Shown one piece after another: positions 15,601 through 27,600 of a stretch of 64,000 nt of DNA. This stretch comes from Tubiluchus corallicola. Taxonomy: Eukaryota > Animalia > Priapulida. The number at the start of each line of letters is the position of its first letter. The first letter of the stretch is position 1. A program made the translations under genes and the position numbers. The notes below the pieces were generated by a model. The model worked only from the letters and a program-made list of their open reading frames with translations, did no database searches and was not told the DNA's origin. The DNA is taken from contig JAQGDQ010000002.1 of NCBI GenBank assembly GCA_030141605.1, positions 930,001-994,000 of the forward strand, given 5' to 3'.

Positions 15601-18600
15601 CAAAAATGTCAAACTGTGTAAAAAAAAATTAGCTGAAACACACATCTGTGAAGTGTAAGAATTTTCTTGCTTTCTGTTTTTAAACAACCTTGGCACAGAC
15701 AAAACTACTGTGAGGAAGCTAAAAAATGAGATTCCTACAAAATACTACGCATGCCTCAGGCAAACCTAGAAATACAAGAGTATACACACTGTACTTTTTA
15801 GCAGTAGACTTAGCTACATTAATTATTACTCCTTCTAAGAACTAAAATTAAATGAGATCAAACGGTAGTGGTATACAATGTCACATGATTCCAGCAAGGC
15901 AACGCAAAAGTAGTTCAGGCTCATAGGTCTGTCACTTGCTAATATGGTGAGAATGTACTGCTTTAAAATATTAACCTTCAAAACAATGTGAACTGGCTCA
16001 ATAATAAACGTAGTCTGACAAGAGTCAATTACACAAAACATACGTAATCTTTTGTAATTTTTCATTTTTTTGTTTTTTGTGCTATTGCTACGCTCGTTAA
16101 TGATGCTTCAACAAAGGTAGTTAAACAAGTTAACTAAAGCAGTTAAACAAAATGTATACAAAATATGCGAACACACTAACCTCACACATAATACTGTACC
16201 ATACTTATCCCAGTATTAAAGCGCATCGCAGACATTTAACCTCACAGCGCGCGTGTACAGAGTTAGTAGCTATGCAAAACATAGGACGGCATCAGTTGGA
16301 ATCAGTCAGCTGACTTGAGTGATCGGTTACTACAACAACGCCCTAGCAACGGGAAGCACAGCCGCGGCCGAGCTGGCTGAACTCCCCCGCACTAACCCAG
16401 ATCAATGTGTCACACTGCTGAAGGTCAATGTTACGCTGAAAGTGCACCTTTACTACGTCTCGTAGTAAGCTGCTGCTGCGCCGCATGTCTGGGAACTGAT
16501 TCTAGTAGATGGCCGCGGCAACCGCAGACTGCTGACGTCATACCACTTAGCAGCACACTGGCTGACTAGTGTAGGCTCTTCGGCTACCTCGCGCGAACTT
16601 TAGCAAGAAGTCACTCATCTCGCTCATTGCAGAGAGTTAATATCCCCCGCACGTCGCTTTTCGCAATAGAGACAATTCCCACGTAGGAAAACAAATTACA
16701 TATACAGAAGAGGCTTCATGTTAATGTTAATGTCATTAGTGCTAGGTAAAATATTTTTGGAATGCAAAAAAAAACCTGTTGCAAATGCATTACCTAAAAT
16801 TTAAACAGACCAAGTGATAATGAATAGATGATAACGGCAAAAAAGCACACACAAAACTAAATATGGTGAAATAATCAACGACTTGAATCATTCGAACATA
16901 AACGAAGAAAACAAGCGCCAAGAACACCAAATAGATGAAACTAACAACAGGGAAGTAATGACAGTATAAATTGAGAACATGGTGCAGAGCAAAAAAAGAA
17001 AAAAAAAAACAGAAAACGACGAAGCGATAAAGAAGCAACATGACTATTGATGATGCACGACGGAATGGTGAGAAGAAATGATAGGACGAAATGTGAATTT
17101 TATAAGGTACCGATTATATAACTGCGTGCAATGACAATAAACAATAAAGAAACGAATTGTTGACAACAAAGCACATGGGGCATACAGATGACGAAAAAAC
17201 AATAATGGGACGTATGATCACAAAGAAGCACTGACAGGATGTAAAGATGATAAGAAAGCAATGACAGGATGAAATGATGAAATGGAAATGGAAAGGAGAA
17301 CAAAGTAAGTACAGTGATACAGAAGCAATGGTGGAATTAAATAACAAATAAGTAATAAAATAACGCTAATGATAACACCTGACGACAGCAATAACAAAAT
17401 AAAGATGGACTTCATTATCAGATTGATTAATTAATAAGCCGGAATACTGGACAAACATGAATGTGATGGGGAAACTACAATTTGCTGGAAAAAAGTTGTA
17501 AATTCTGGGCCACTACACTATACTTCAAAAAATTAAAAAAGAAAATCACTTAAAACTAAACCTCCTTCAGAACTGTGCGTTGAGATTAATAGCTGATTAA
17601 TTATACAAACATAGGGCAGGTGGACAAAAATTCAAAACTTCAACAACTAATCTGAGAAAAAGAAAAACTTTTCTAATCTTTGAAGTACACAAAGAATAAC
17701 TTACTCTGTTGTTTATTATTTAAATATATAAACAACATCAGCAAACCTTTTTAAGATAACGAATTTAGCTTCCTTCCAAATACTATCGTAAATTCCAGAA
17801 CGAGTAATCTAATATAAATTAGGAAAAATACCCACTACGGAACCAACTCTATAAGTCAAGCAAGCAATAATACTTTAGAATTCTCTATCAACTATAGGTT
17901 AAACAAATCAGGTCCCTATCGGTATTTAAAACAAAATTAAAACCAGCAATATTAACCAAATATGAAATGCCATCACACCAGTACAGCGACATACACGCCA
18001 ACTCAGAATTCCATTTATCCAAGGCCATATTAATTAAAAGAATAATAATTTTTTTATTCTTTTAACTACTAGACAGTCATCATTTCAACATTATCAGCGT
18101 ATTTTAATGGCAATTAAAGATTATTATAGACCTATAAATTATAGACTCGCAGTACTTGTCATTTTCATACAAAATTAAATTTATGTATTGACAGTATTGG
18201 CCAATGAGTGCTACTGTTTTTCTACTACTACTATATATTATAGATGTTTCAGTTTAACATTCCTATATTGTCTGCGAGACCCAATATGATTAGCATTTGA
18301 GGCCAAGTAAGTCTGTCAACCATCGACAGTGTGGATTAGCAAGAGATTTAAATACCGCACGTGCGCAACAATGGAACGCACGCGCGGCATTTAAATCTAC
18401 GACATTAGCATACTATATGTTGACATGAAGTTGCTTTTACGCAAGAATACGCCTTTAGTACAAAAAAACACACTAATCGCACGACATTTCATCAATGCAA
18501 AATAACTGACTGCAATGAAGGCTGTGATAAAACTGATGAGGACAGACATCATTTTTTACAGTTAATTTCAATTACGCAACTAATGTAGCGAACAATGTTG

Positions 18601-21600
18601 ACAATAAGTACAACGATTACATCGGTTTCTTCAAACCAAACAAACCGCTACATTCATCGCACAGCCGTGCCAATGAACCCTATATGGGCGAGTCTGAGTG
18701 TGTGCTACAACACTGCATGAAAATCGTTAGTAGCTATTGAGTAGCGTCAAGCAAGATTGCCAGAACACAACTCGTGCAGCTTAAGGGCCTACACATCTTT
18801 TACTTAAAAGCACCAGATTTAAAATCTTAGATATCCCGCACATAATTTTCGAACATAATTAAATCAAAGTTTCCTTTTCTTCCATTACTTATGTTTTATT
18901 CCCTTTTTCTACGCCATTTTAATCTTGCAGAGTCTCAAATGAATGACAAAGAGACCAAAACTGAATTGGGAAGGCTTAGTAGTACCTCGAACAACCAAAC
19001 TACTAAATCAGGACGACCATTTGAATACCTGAAATACATGTCCTTAACACTAATTTGACGTTTTCTAACATGTTTGTGTACATTTTTTTTTAGAAAACAA
19101 CGCATTGAAAGTTGCTTATACAGAAAAGTGTGGAATTTGATACCTTTACACCTGAAGACGTTTTTCAAGAAAGATTTAATATACATTGTTAATACTTACG
19201 CAGTATCTTCGTTTTCAGATTTGACAGGTAGAAATACACGGCATCTAATTTCGAAACTTTGCACTCAGGTAAGAAAATAAAATTTCCGCTGTAAGCGCAT
19301 ATATGCAGCATTCAAACAAGCACAAAATTAAGACAACTCTTAATGACCGAACATTCCCCCATCCATGATTGTCCAGTGTCCACGACTGCTTTTTTCCAAG
19401 AGTATCAGTGACACTTTGAACAACTACTTAAAACGTGAGCAACATTATTGGATTTTTGGTGCAATAATTTAGATAATATGAGCACATTAATTAGCAATCA
19501 TCTAAGAGATAAGCTTATTATTGATAAAACACAAGAGCATGGACAACGTCTTGGATATAAAGGTTTAAACTTTAAAGGATTTGGAATTTAATATTTTTAG
19601 TAAGAAGCTTTATGTGGTATATTTCCTCTTGGTGTTTATGCACATTGCTTGTCGGTTTTCGCTATTCAGTCGCAGTTTTGATAGTTAGTCGAAGACGAAA
19701 TTTAAACTAACACACCGCTTTAGGCAGTGACAAAAGGCAAAAGTGAGAGTGTTTAATCAAGTAAAACTTTCTCCACTGAGCAACTATTTTAAACAAACCT
19801 TTGGTGGGAATTACTAAACAGGCTAGGCAGACAGAAAGCATTAAATTATAAAAAATTGTAACAAACGAAAGCAAAAGGAGACAAGATAGCCTAGAGTTTG
19901 GATATCTTTCAGCTTTGATTGTGATCCTGTCATCACAATCGAATCTATATATTGGTAGTGGTACTTATTTGCTGTATTTCAGTCATATGCCTGAAGCAGA
20001 AGCCAACCTTGACCATTTGGCCCAAGGTTATAATTTTTTCACTAAATTATCACATCAACTCAAGGGGTTACATTACATAAAACATAATTAAAATTGACAT
20101 TATGAAATTGACATTTCAAAAGTCGTTTCAGGTTTGCATGTGTAAAAACACAAATAAACCCCAGCGTAAGGCTTAGAAAAGATCTTCTAAAATCGAAACT
20201 CGCTTATTAATAAAATACGCTTTCCATCGGGATCCTTAATCTACTAACCACGCGCTATTTAATGTAAAATGAATTAACAGTCGCTGCATGTGCTGCTTAG
20301 TTTATTTCAAATCAAGCCGATAACCAGAATCACGACGACAACGACAAGTGTATTGTTCTGCTTAGCGGAGTGGAAAAAATAAAATTTATTTGAAAAAATG
20401 AATGAAGGCCAAAACACATTCAAGGGACACATGAAAAGATAGCTAAATTGTAAATAAACTATTCGTAAAACAGCAGTTAACGATTGGCATAAATATGACT
20501 GTTGGTTTGTGAATTTAATACTTCTTGTCACACGGGTATAGCGCAAGTCGTGATGAGCAACAATGTTGTCTTCTATTGATTTTGCGTTATTCAACACAAA
20601 ATCTCAAACGCTTTACACAATCTCCCCATATCTGCCTGACTAAAGGGACGTACCATTACTCAATCTAACACAAATTTATACGTCTGTCACAGTTAAGGAC
20701 CTAATCTCATAGAAGAGACATGCCTGTTGCTCTGAACTCGGGGTTTTAGTTCTGAGATGCAAGTGGTGCATAATTTGCAATCCAGTGAATCCCTAAAGCA
20801 GAAACGGTTTCACTGTTTGTAACTGTTCTACTGCCTCTATTAAACATTAAACGTTACTTCTTAACTACAGTCGAATAAATCCATCCTCTTATACACTGCA
20901 ACTGTTTTGGGTAGCAAGTTGGAAATCTAAAATATTTAAATTATGACCTAGGCAAAGTACACGAAAAACAGGTCAGGTAAAAAAGCCACAAGAAAAAGAA
21001 ATAACCCTATCCTAACTCTAGCCAAAATTAATTGTGACTTTTTTCCTGTGACTTTACTACCGGTCTCCAAGTATATACATTGGGGCTTAATTAACTTTAA
21101 GGTTAAAAAAGCTTGCATTTACTTACATAAGAAGTAAGATATACTTATATAAGAAAGTTCAGATTTTATTGTTATTTAATGAGAAATTGATGATTCCCAA
21201 TTGCGTTAATCAGTTTTTAAGAGCAACTTTGGATTGACCGGCGTTTTGTTTATTTTTTTAGACCAGTATTAGCTAAGTAGCAAGCGTGAATAAAAGAATG
21301 AGATAAAAATTTAGATTCGCTGAAACTAGTCCACTAAACAAAACAGTAAAATTTTAAATTGAAATTTAAATTTCGTGCAGTAGTTTTATCTGTATTCTGA
21401 ACAGCAAATGAAACATAAAAAATAAAAAGATCACAGAGCGTTAACGTGATACAACATAATAAGAAATCAATATTGTTTATTTGCATATACGTTTTTTCAT
21501 CAAATTTAATGCCTATCTTATTCAGAAAAGTTACCACCGATATAAAACGAATGAACGGCTGGCAGCAGTCAGTACAGTACAACAACGGTTTGGACACGCG

Positions 21601-24600
21601 TCGAAGACTCCAAGGCAGGTGATACAGCCAAGCCTACAGCACAACTAGCCCGCTGCAACAGGTGTGGGGCTGATCCAATATCCGAAAATACACAAAAACG
21701 CTGTATATATTAAGGCGACCAGTTAGTCAACGAGTATACTGCGTAGAAATCCATTAAGACACTTATACCGACACCCAAAACGCATGATATTATAGCAGAA
21801 AAAATATTTCCGGAGCTTAACTCCAAAGTTCCCTTTCTGAATAGTGCTTGGAGCTGACATATCGCAAACGCCAATGAGGTCTCCGATACATCTGTGCGTG
21901 CCATACTGTGCATTGTATGTTTATGTAAAAACACGCACACACAAATGAGTGTATGTATCCTTATATAATATAGAATTAGTCAGGCAGCCTGTGAAATGAG
22001 CTTCTTAACTGATAAACTAATAAGCGAAAAACATTGATTTGATTTTTCCTAGAAAAAACATTTGGAAACAAAACTTTTAAAGCAGAAAATGCAAAATCAG
22101 ATAAAGTAAAACCATTGAAAAATTTCAACGCAACTGAAAAACCTCGTATTACAGAACACTGCAGAAACAAACGAATTTAAGGAAAAACCCTAATAATATA
22201 ATTTCAAATTCACATTCAGTGTATTATAAATATAGAAACCATTTGGACAATCCTCGAATGAAACTACCTACAAAATCGGCTAGTACTAAAGTCCAAGGCC
22301 GTATACAAATAATAAGTGGCAAAGATTAGTAGAAACGGCACAGCAGAGCGCGCAGACAAGCAGTAATATTGATTGCCCAGTCCAGGCAAGGCAGAAACTG
22401 AAGCCAGTTCATGTCCTCACTGCAGGAGATCCCTACTCGCTACCTGACTGCTGAACCGCCCAGGAAGCCAAGCAGTAGAGATGAAAAATCAATTGTTGTT
22501 TTAAAGGTTAGCTTTGCGCACCGATTTTCTCACGATGTTTCATGTACTCATATGGCGCTGTTATTGCTTATAAGCAGCAAAACGCATCGAAAATCACTAA
22601 ATATGACTAAACGCTTGGTATGATTAAATTATTACAACTCTGTAAAATTTCAGTTTAGACTGATCATGTTAAATTCACTTTTTATATTCTAAAATGCAGA
22701 CAAGTCCTGTCTACTATTAGCATGTAATACAGACTGCGTTTTTTGTCTTAACAAGGTAACAATGATTTCAACTCTGCACTTAGTTTCTGACCCTTTCTCT
22801 AAGTGTCTTTCAAGGCGTACGAGGAAAGTCTTTTTATCTTTGCTTCTACATTCACCTTTAGAAGTAACGCACAACACTTCCACGTTTATAGAAAAATAAT
22901 GCGCAGAAATAAATATGAGCATACATTTAAGTACCATTAGACAGATACTTGTGCACAACACTGGTATGTAAAGTCCTCCCTGGATGTAAAGCTATAATGA
23001 AAGTGTTAAAAACTATTTTGTTATTGTTATCTACGAAAGGTCTAATATTACATAAGCCGCCAAAAATTGTAAAAGTTGGGCGTCCTTGAAAACTTATCAC
23101 AAACGAATGTAGGAAAGTTTAGTACATGTAATTTTAGTACGAGGAAATTTTGATACCAGGAAAAATTGGTGCTAGGAATTTTTGGTACGCAGTAACTTTG
23201 GTACAGGTAAATTTGGTACTATCACCTTAAGATACAAGGAGTTTTTGGTACTAGGAAAATATGGTACAGGGAATGTTTGGTACGAGGAAAATACGGTAAC
23301 AGGATTGTTTAGAATTAAGAAATAATGTTACAAGAAAGTTTGGGTACTAGGAAAAAAAGTTCCAAACGAAAAAGAAAGCACTTTATATATATCTCAGTAT
23401 AAATTAATTGTTTCAATTAGAAAATAAATAAGTTTATTCAGTAGGGAGGAAATATGGTACTAGGAGTCTGGTTTATTAAAAAGTTCATAAAATATTATAC
23501 TTTTCCAGTTTTATTCTCATTTGAAAATAAAATTTCTGAAATCAAGCAGTTATGTAATGTATAACAGTTTTGCTGTTTACCGAATTACTACATTGTTAGG
23601 AACAATTAAAGGATAAAATAGTGCTCAATTGCCTGTTTTTAGCAAGTCAACTACCTACCTGTCCATCCGTCCATCTTTATTTTAATAATTACTATAATGA
23701 CAATGGCACAGGTGCATTTCATTGCTTTTTAGATAAGCACTCAGACAAACAAAAGTAAAACAGTACTGCACTAAGAACTGCTACTAACATTTGCACTTTG
23801 CAAAGTTTTGTCATATTTGAAAAGTGAGTATTATTTATTCCCACTAGCCAAGCTCTGTAAGAGTATTTTGCTTAAAATCGGACAAATAACAAACAACAGA
23901 CAAACAAGCAAAGAGGAAGCAAACAAAAAACAAATAAAAAAGGAACAATATGAGCCTCTATAACTTGTTCGAGTATGCTATATAAAAATATATTTTCATA
24001 GTACCAAACTTTCTCTGTATCAAATTTTCCTTGTACTAAATAGTTCCGTACCATTTTTACCTTGTACCATATTTACTTGTATTAAAAATGCCTGACAAAA
24101 CTTCGTTAGTACCATATTTACCAGTACCATAATTTCTCTGTACCAAATTTTCCCAACACCATAATTACCGCGTACCAAAAATTTCTAGTACCAAATTTTC
24201 CCGGTACCAAAATTTCTTCATACAAAAATTACCTGTACCAAACTTACCTGCACCAAACTAACTAGTACTAAACTTACCGCGCACCATCACGAACACACAG
24301 AAAAACTGCTTTCAAATGAAGACGTGCGCTATGCAGTCCTACGGTCCTACCACGCAAAAAAATTTAATGCCTTTGAAATTTTACCTTTTTGGGATAGGCA
24401 TTAGAAACTACACCCATACTATCGTAACGCACAATATGTTAAGTTTACTCTCAAAGCTTACTTCATTGTTATATAAACAGTGTGATTTAAAATGTTTCTA
24501 ATTATCGCACCATCCAAATTTATTCTGTGAAAGCTTGCAATGACAGTACTTAAACTAACATAGCACTTAAATCAAATCGATAAGTACCTAAAGAATACTT

Positions 24601-27600
24601 TACATGCGAATTCACGTCTGGATTGAAGTATCACTTAAGAGACTTTAATTTTTTGCTTTGCTATTTACCTGTAGTTAAATCCCGGATTAAATTCAGATTA
24701 TTTTTTCAATTTTACTACAACTATCATTTGCTAAATTTACACGATGTAAATTAAACTGATGCTAATAACAACCCACCACGTCAACTAAGAACATCACTGA
24801 GATTTAGTCATAAATCAAGACGTCTGTAATGGGCGAGCGATCCTTGTACTAGTGGAGAAGCTCGCAAAACTCAAGTGGATTGTAAGCTGAGTGACCAAAG
24901 TAGTTATGGACCAGCCAGCATGAAGTTGAATACAAATTCACAATATCAGTTTTAAATGCCCAACAACACCATAAGAATTAGAAAATACTTCGTAGTTATT
25001 GGTAGTATATAAGTGCATTTATACTAGGTTACTAGGTATGCCTACCGTCATCAGCAAAGCAAGATGAATCGACCGTAGGTCTAACAGATTGAAAATGAAG
25101 CGAGCAGTTATGGCCTGTAGTTAATTACTACAGCAAAGCTGTACTTCAAGATGTGGTGGTTTTAATGCGACTCGAAAGAGAAGAAGATTTAGGAAGTTAT
25201 TGATTCGTTTCATACACATAAAGGCGAAGCTTTGCAGCTTTACTTTGTTCTAGTTGATAAGTAATTAAATTACGATCATCGCGCATTTACATAATTTATC
25301 ACGCAATTTTCAAAAAGAGACCAGCAGTTCTAAGACGACAGAAAAGAGGCTCCGATAAAACACAAGAACGTTTGACAGAAAAGCGAATCTGAAGATGGTT
25401 GCCGTTGCTATATTCTACGATGTAGTAATGAGCTTTCCTTATACGCACGGGGCGGACACATAAAAAGCGCCAAATATTCGCGTTTGTCCATTTAGTACTT
25501 CAGCTTTTAACTCGCAAGGCAAAAACTTCCAACTTTCGGGAATTTTTTTTTTGGATTTTGCGATAGTTTTATACTGATACATTGAGACCTTGGTGAAATA
25601 TAAAAAAATGGCCGATTCGTCATGAAAGTCTAAAATTTCATCAAAAGATTGTCCTTGCTTGAAAGCATATTTTACCAGTTAAGTTATCCACTAGTCTACG
25701 ATGAAAAATAAAAAAAAATTAACTCGAGTAACTGTTGTTACAAGTAAGTAACTTCTAACAACACTAACAACAAAAGTGGTTTGTATTCTAGAGTTCTGAA
25801 TCGATTCAGGCACAAACTATGAACAATTTGTTGAGCATGCCCTTCAGCCAGCCGTTCAAAATACATTATTTTGAATTTTCTAATGCACTGCTGCTGCTTG
25901 TGATGATTCATTCAAATGAACTCATTGAAGGCCCAGAGCTGTGCAAGTTTACATTGAGGTTCAGTACATGTAATAAATGCTTGTACAGTAAGACGTAAGG
26001 TACTAAAAATACTTGGTTATGAAGCCAAGGCTGGAAACTAAACAGTTTACGCAATAGCTTTTGTAAAATTACTACCTTGATAAAAATACAACTGAAATAG
26101 ACAGAAGTTAAGCTTTAATCAAACCACAATCGGAAGTTCATTTAAGTAACGAAAACATTGCAAACATTTTGATGCTTGTTGTTGCAATTGTTGTAGGCAG
26201 TACCACCTCAAACTTAAATTAGCAAAATTAAAGTGTACATAACACTAGAACAGAGAACGAGACCAAGAACTTCACTTTAGGTACACATTCAGCGTTCGCT
26301 GATTTGTAAATTAATAGATCCACAATTTCAATGCCAAAATACACGTATTCACCAAATGAGCATCACTGAATCAGTACAAAAGACAATTTCCGCTAATTAT
26401 TACATAAATTAGAAAACGCAATTCTTGAGAATTGACATAAAATCGAAAAAAACGGGTTACTGTTGTGATCAACCTAGCTTAAAAAGACACAATAAACTTT
26501 GATGACCTTACTATGAAATATCAATTAAACATAAAAGTTTAGTGGTAGTGTCAGTAATCATTTACCAAACAAAAGCTTCAATTTTATTCTGATCTAAAAA
26601 CAAAAAACAAAAAAGACTTGGCTGCTACTTTTACTAATTTAATTATTTCAAGTGAACTCATAGTAACTGATCTTTTCACAAATAAAAATTAGCAAAGATT
26701 AGTAGTCGTGAGTAATTGTTTTTATGAAGATGTTGAGTTACTGTTGGTTTCATATTGCAAATTTGCTGCAACACAATTTAATCCTATTGCCTTTTTTATT
26801 CGTGTTTGTACATGACCTACTGCATTTTTTGCCAAATAAGGAGCACTGGCACATAATATGCATCCCCATTTTGCAGTTAGGCCCTAAGAATATTTTTTGC
26901 CTTGCAACGAGAGTTTTTAATAATGCACGTAGTATGTGATAATTTCTATTAGTACAATGCTTGCTTTAAAATATAAAAGCACTGAACATCTTGCTGTACA
27001 GCGGCTACCTTTCCTGAACTCTAGTGGTGTTGCTCAAGCTCGCTTAAGCACAATTTTTAATTTCGTTTCAAAAAATCGCTTCGTATACATGCAATAAGAA
27101 ACTCACGTGTCAATTGCTGTTAGTATATATTTCCTACAATATGCACACAAAGCCTTGTGGCCTTCATTAGGCTTCTACATTTAGTGTATATGCCACAGAA
27201 GCCCTGTTTTTAGCATTTTAGCCGATTTGGGCCATTCACTCTGCTCGTAGCACATTCAAGTTTTGTCTACTTTAAAATAATGAAGTGCAGACAAGCTTAG
27301 CCTTACCTGATATAAATGTACTTCAATGCTTCTGCTCCATTTCCACAGGCAGTAGGGATGTAAAATAAATTGGCTATCTCAGCCCATCTTTGCTGATCAC
27401 TAACCTATTTTTACAAAACAAATAATTTAAAAATCTTCGGTGAAAACCAATTTGGCTCAAAAATTAAAACAGAAATTATATATAATATTTACATCAATAA
27501 GTCGATAAATATATAATGTAATAATACGTCGATAAAACATTGTCTATACACTAATGACTAAAACATCACCAGCATCTCACAGTTGAAGCCAGGTGTCAAC

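Noticed and set aside
16790-17415. Hydrophobic, membrane-protein-like ORFs
   Set aside because: Produced by A-rich low-complexity intronic sequence; no domain or splice support
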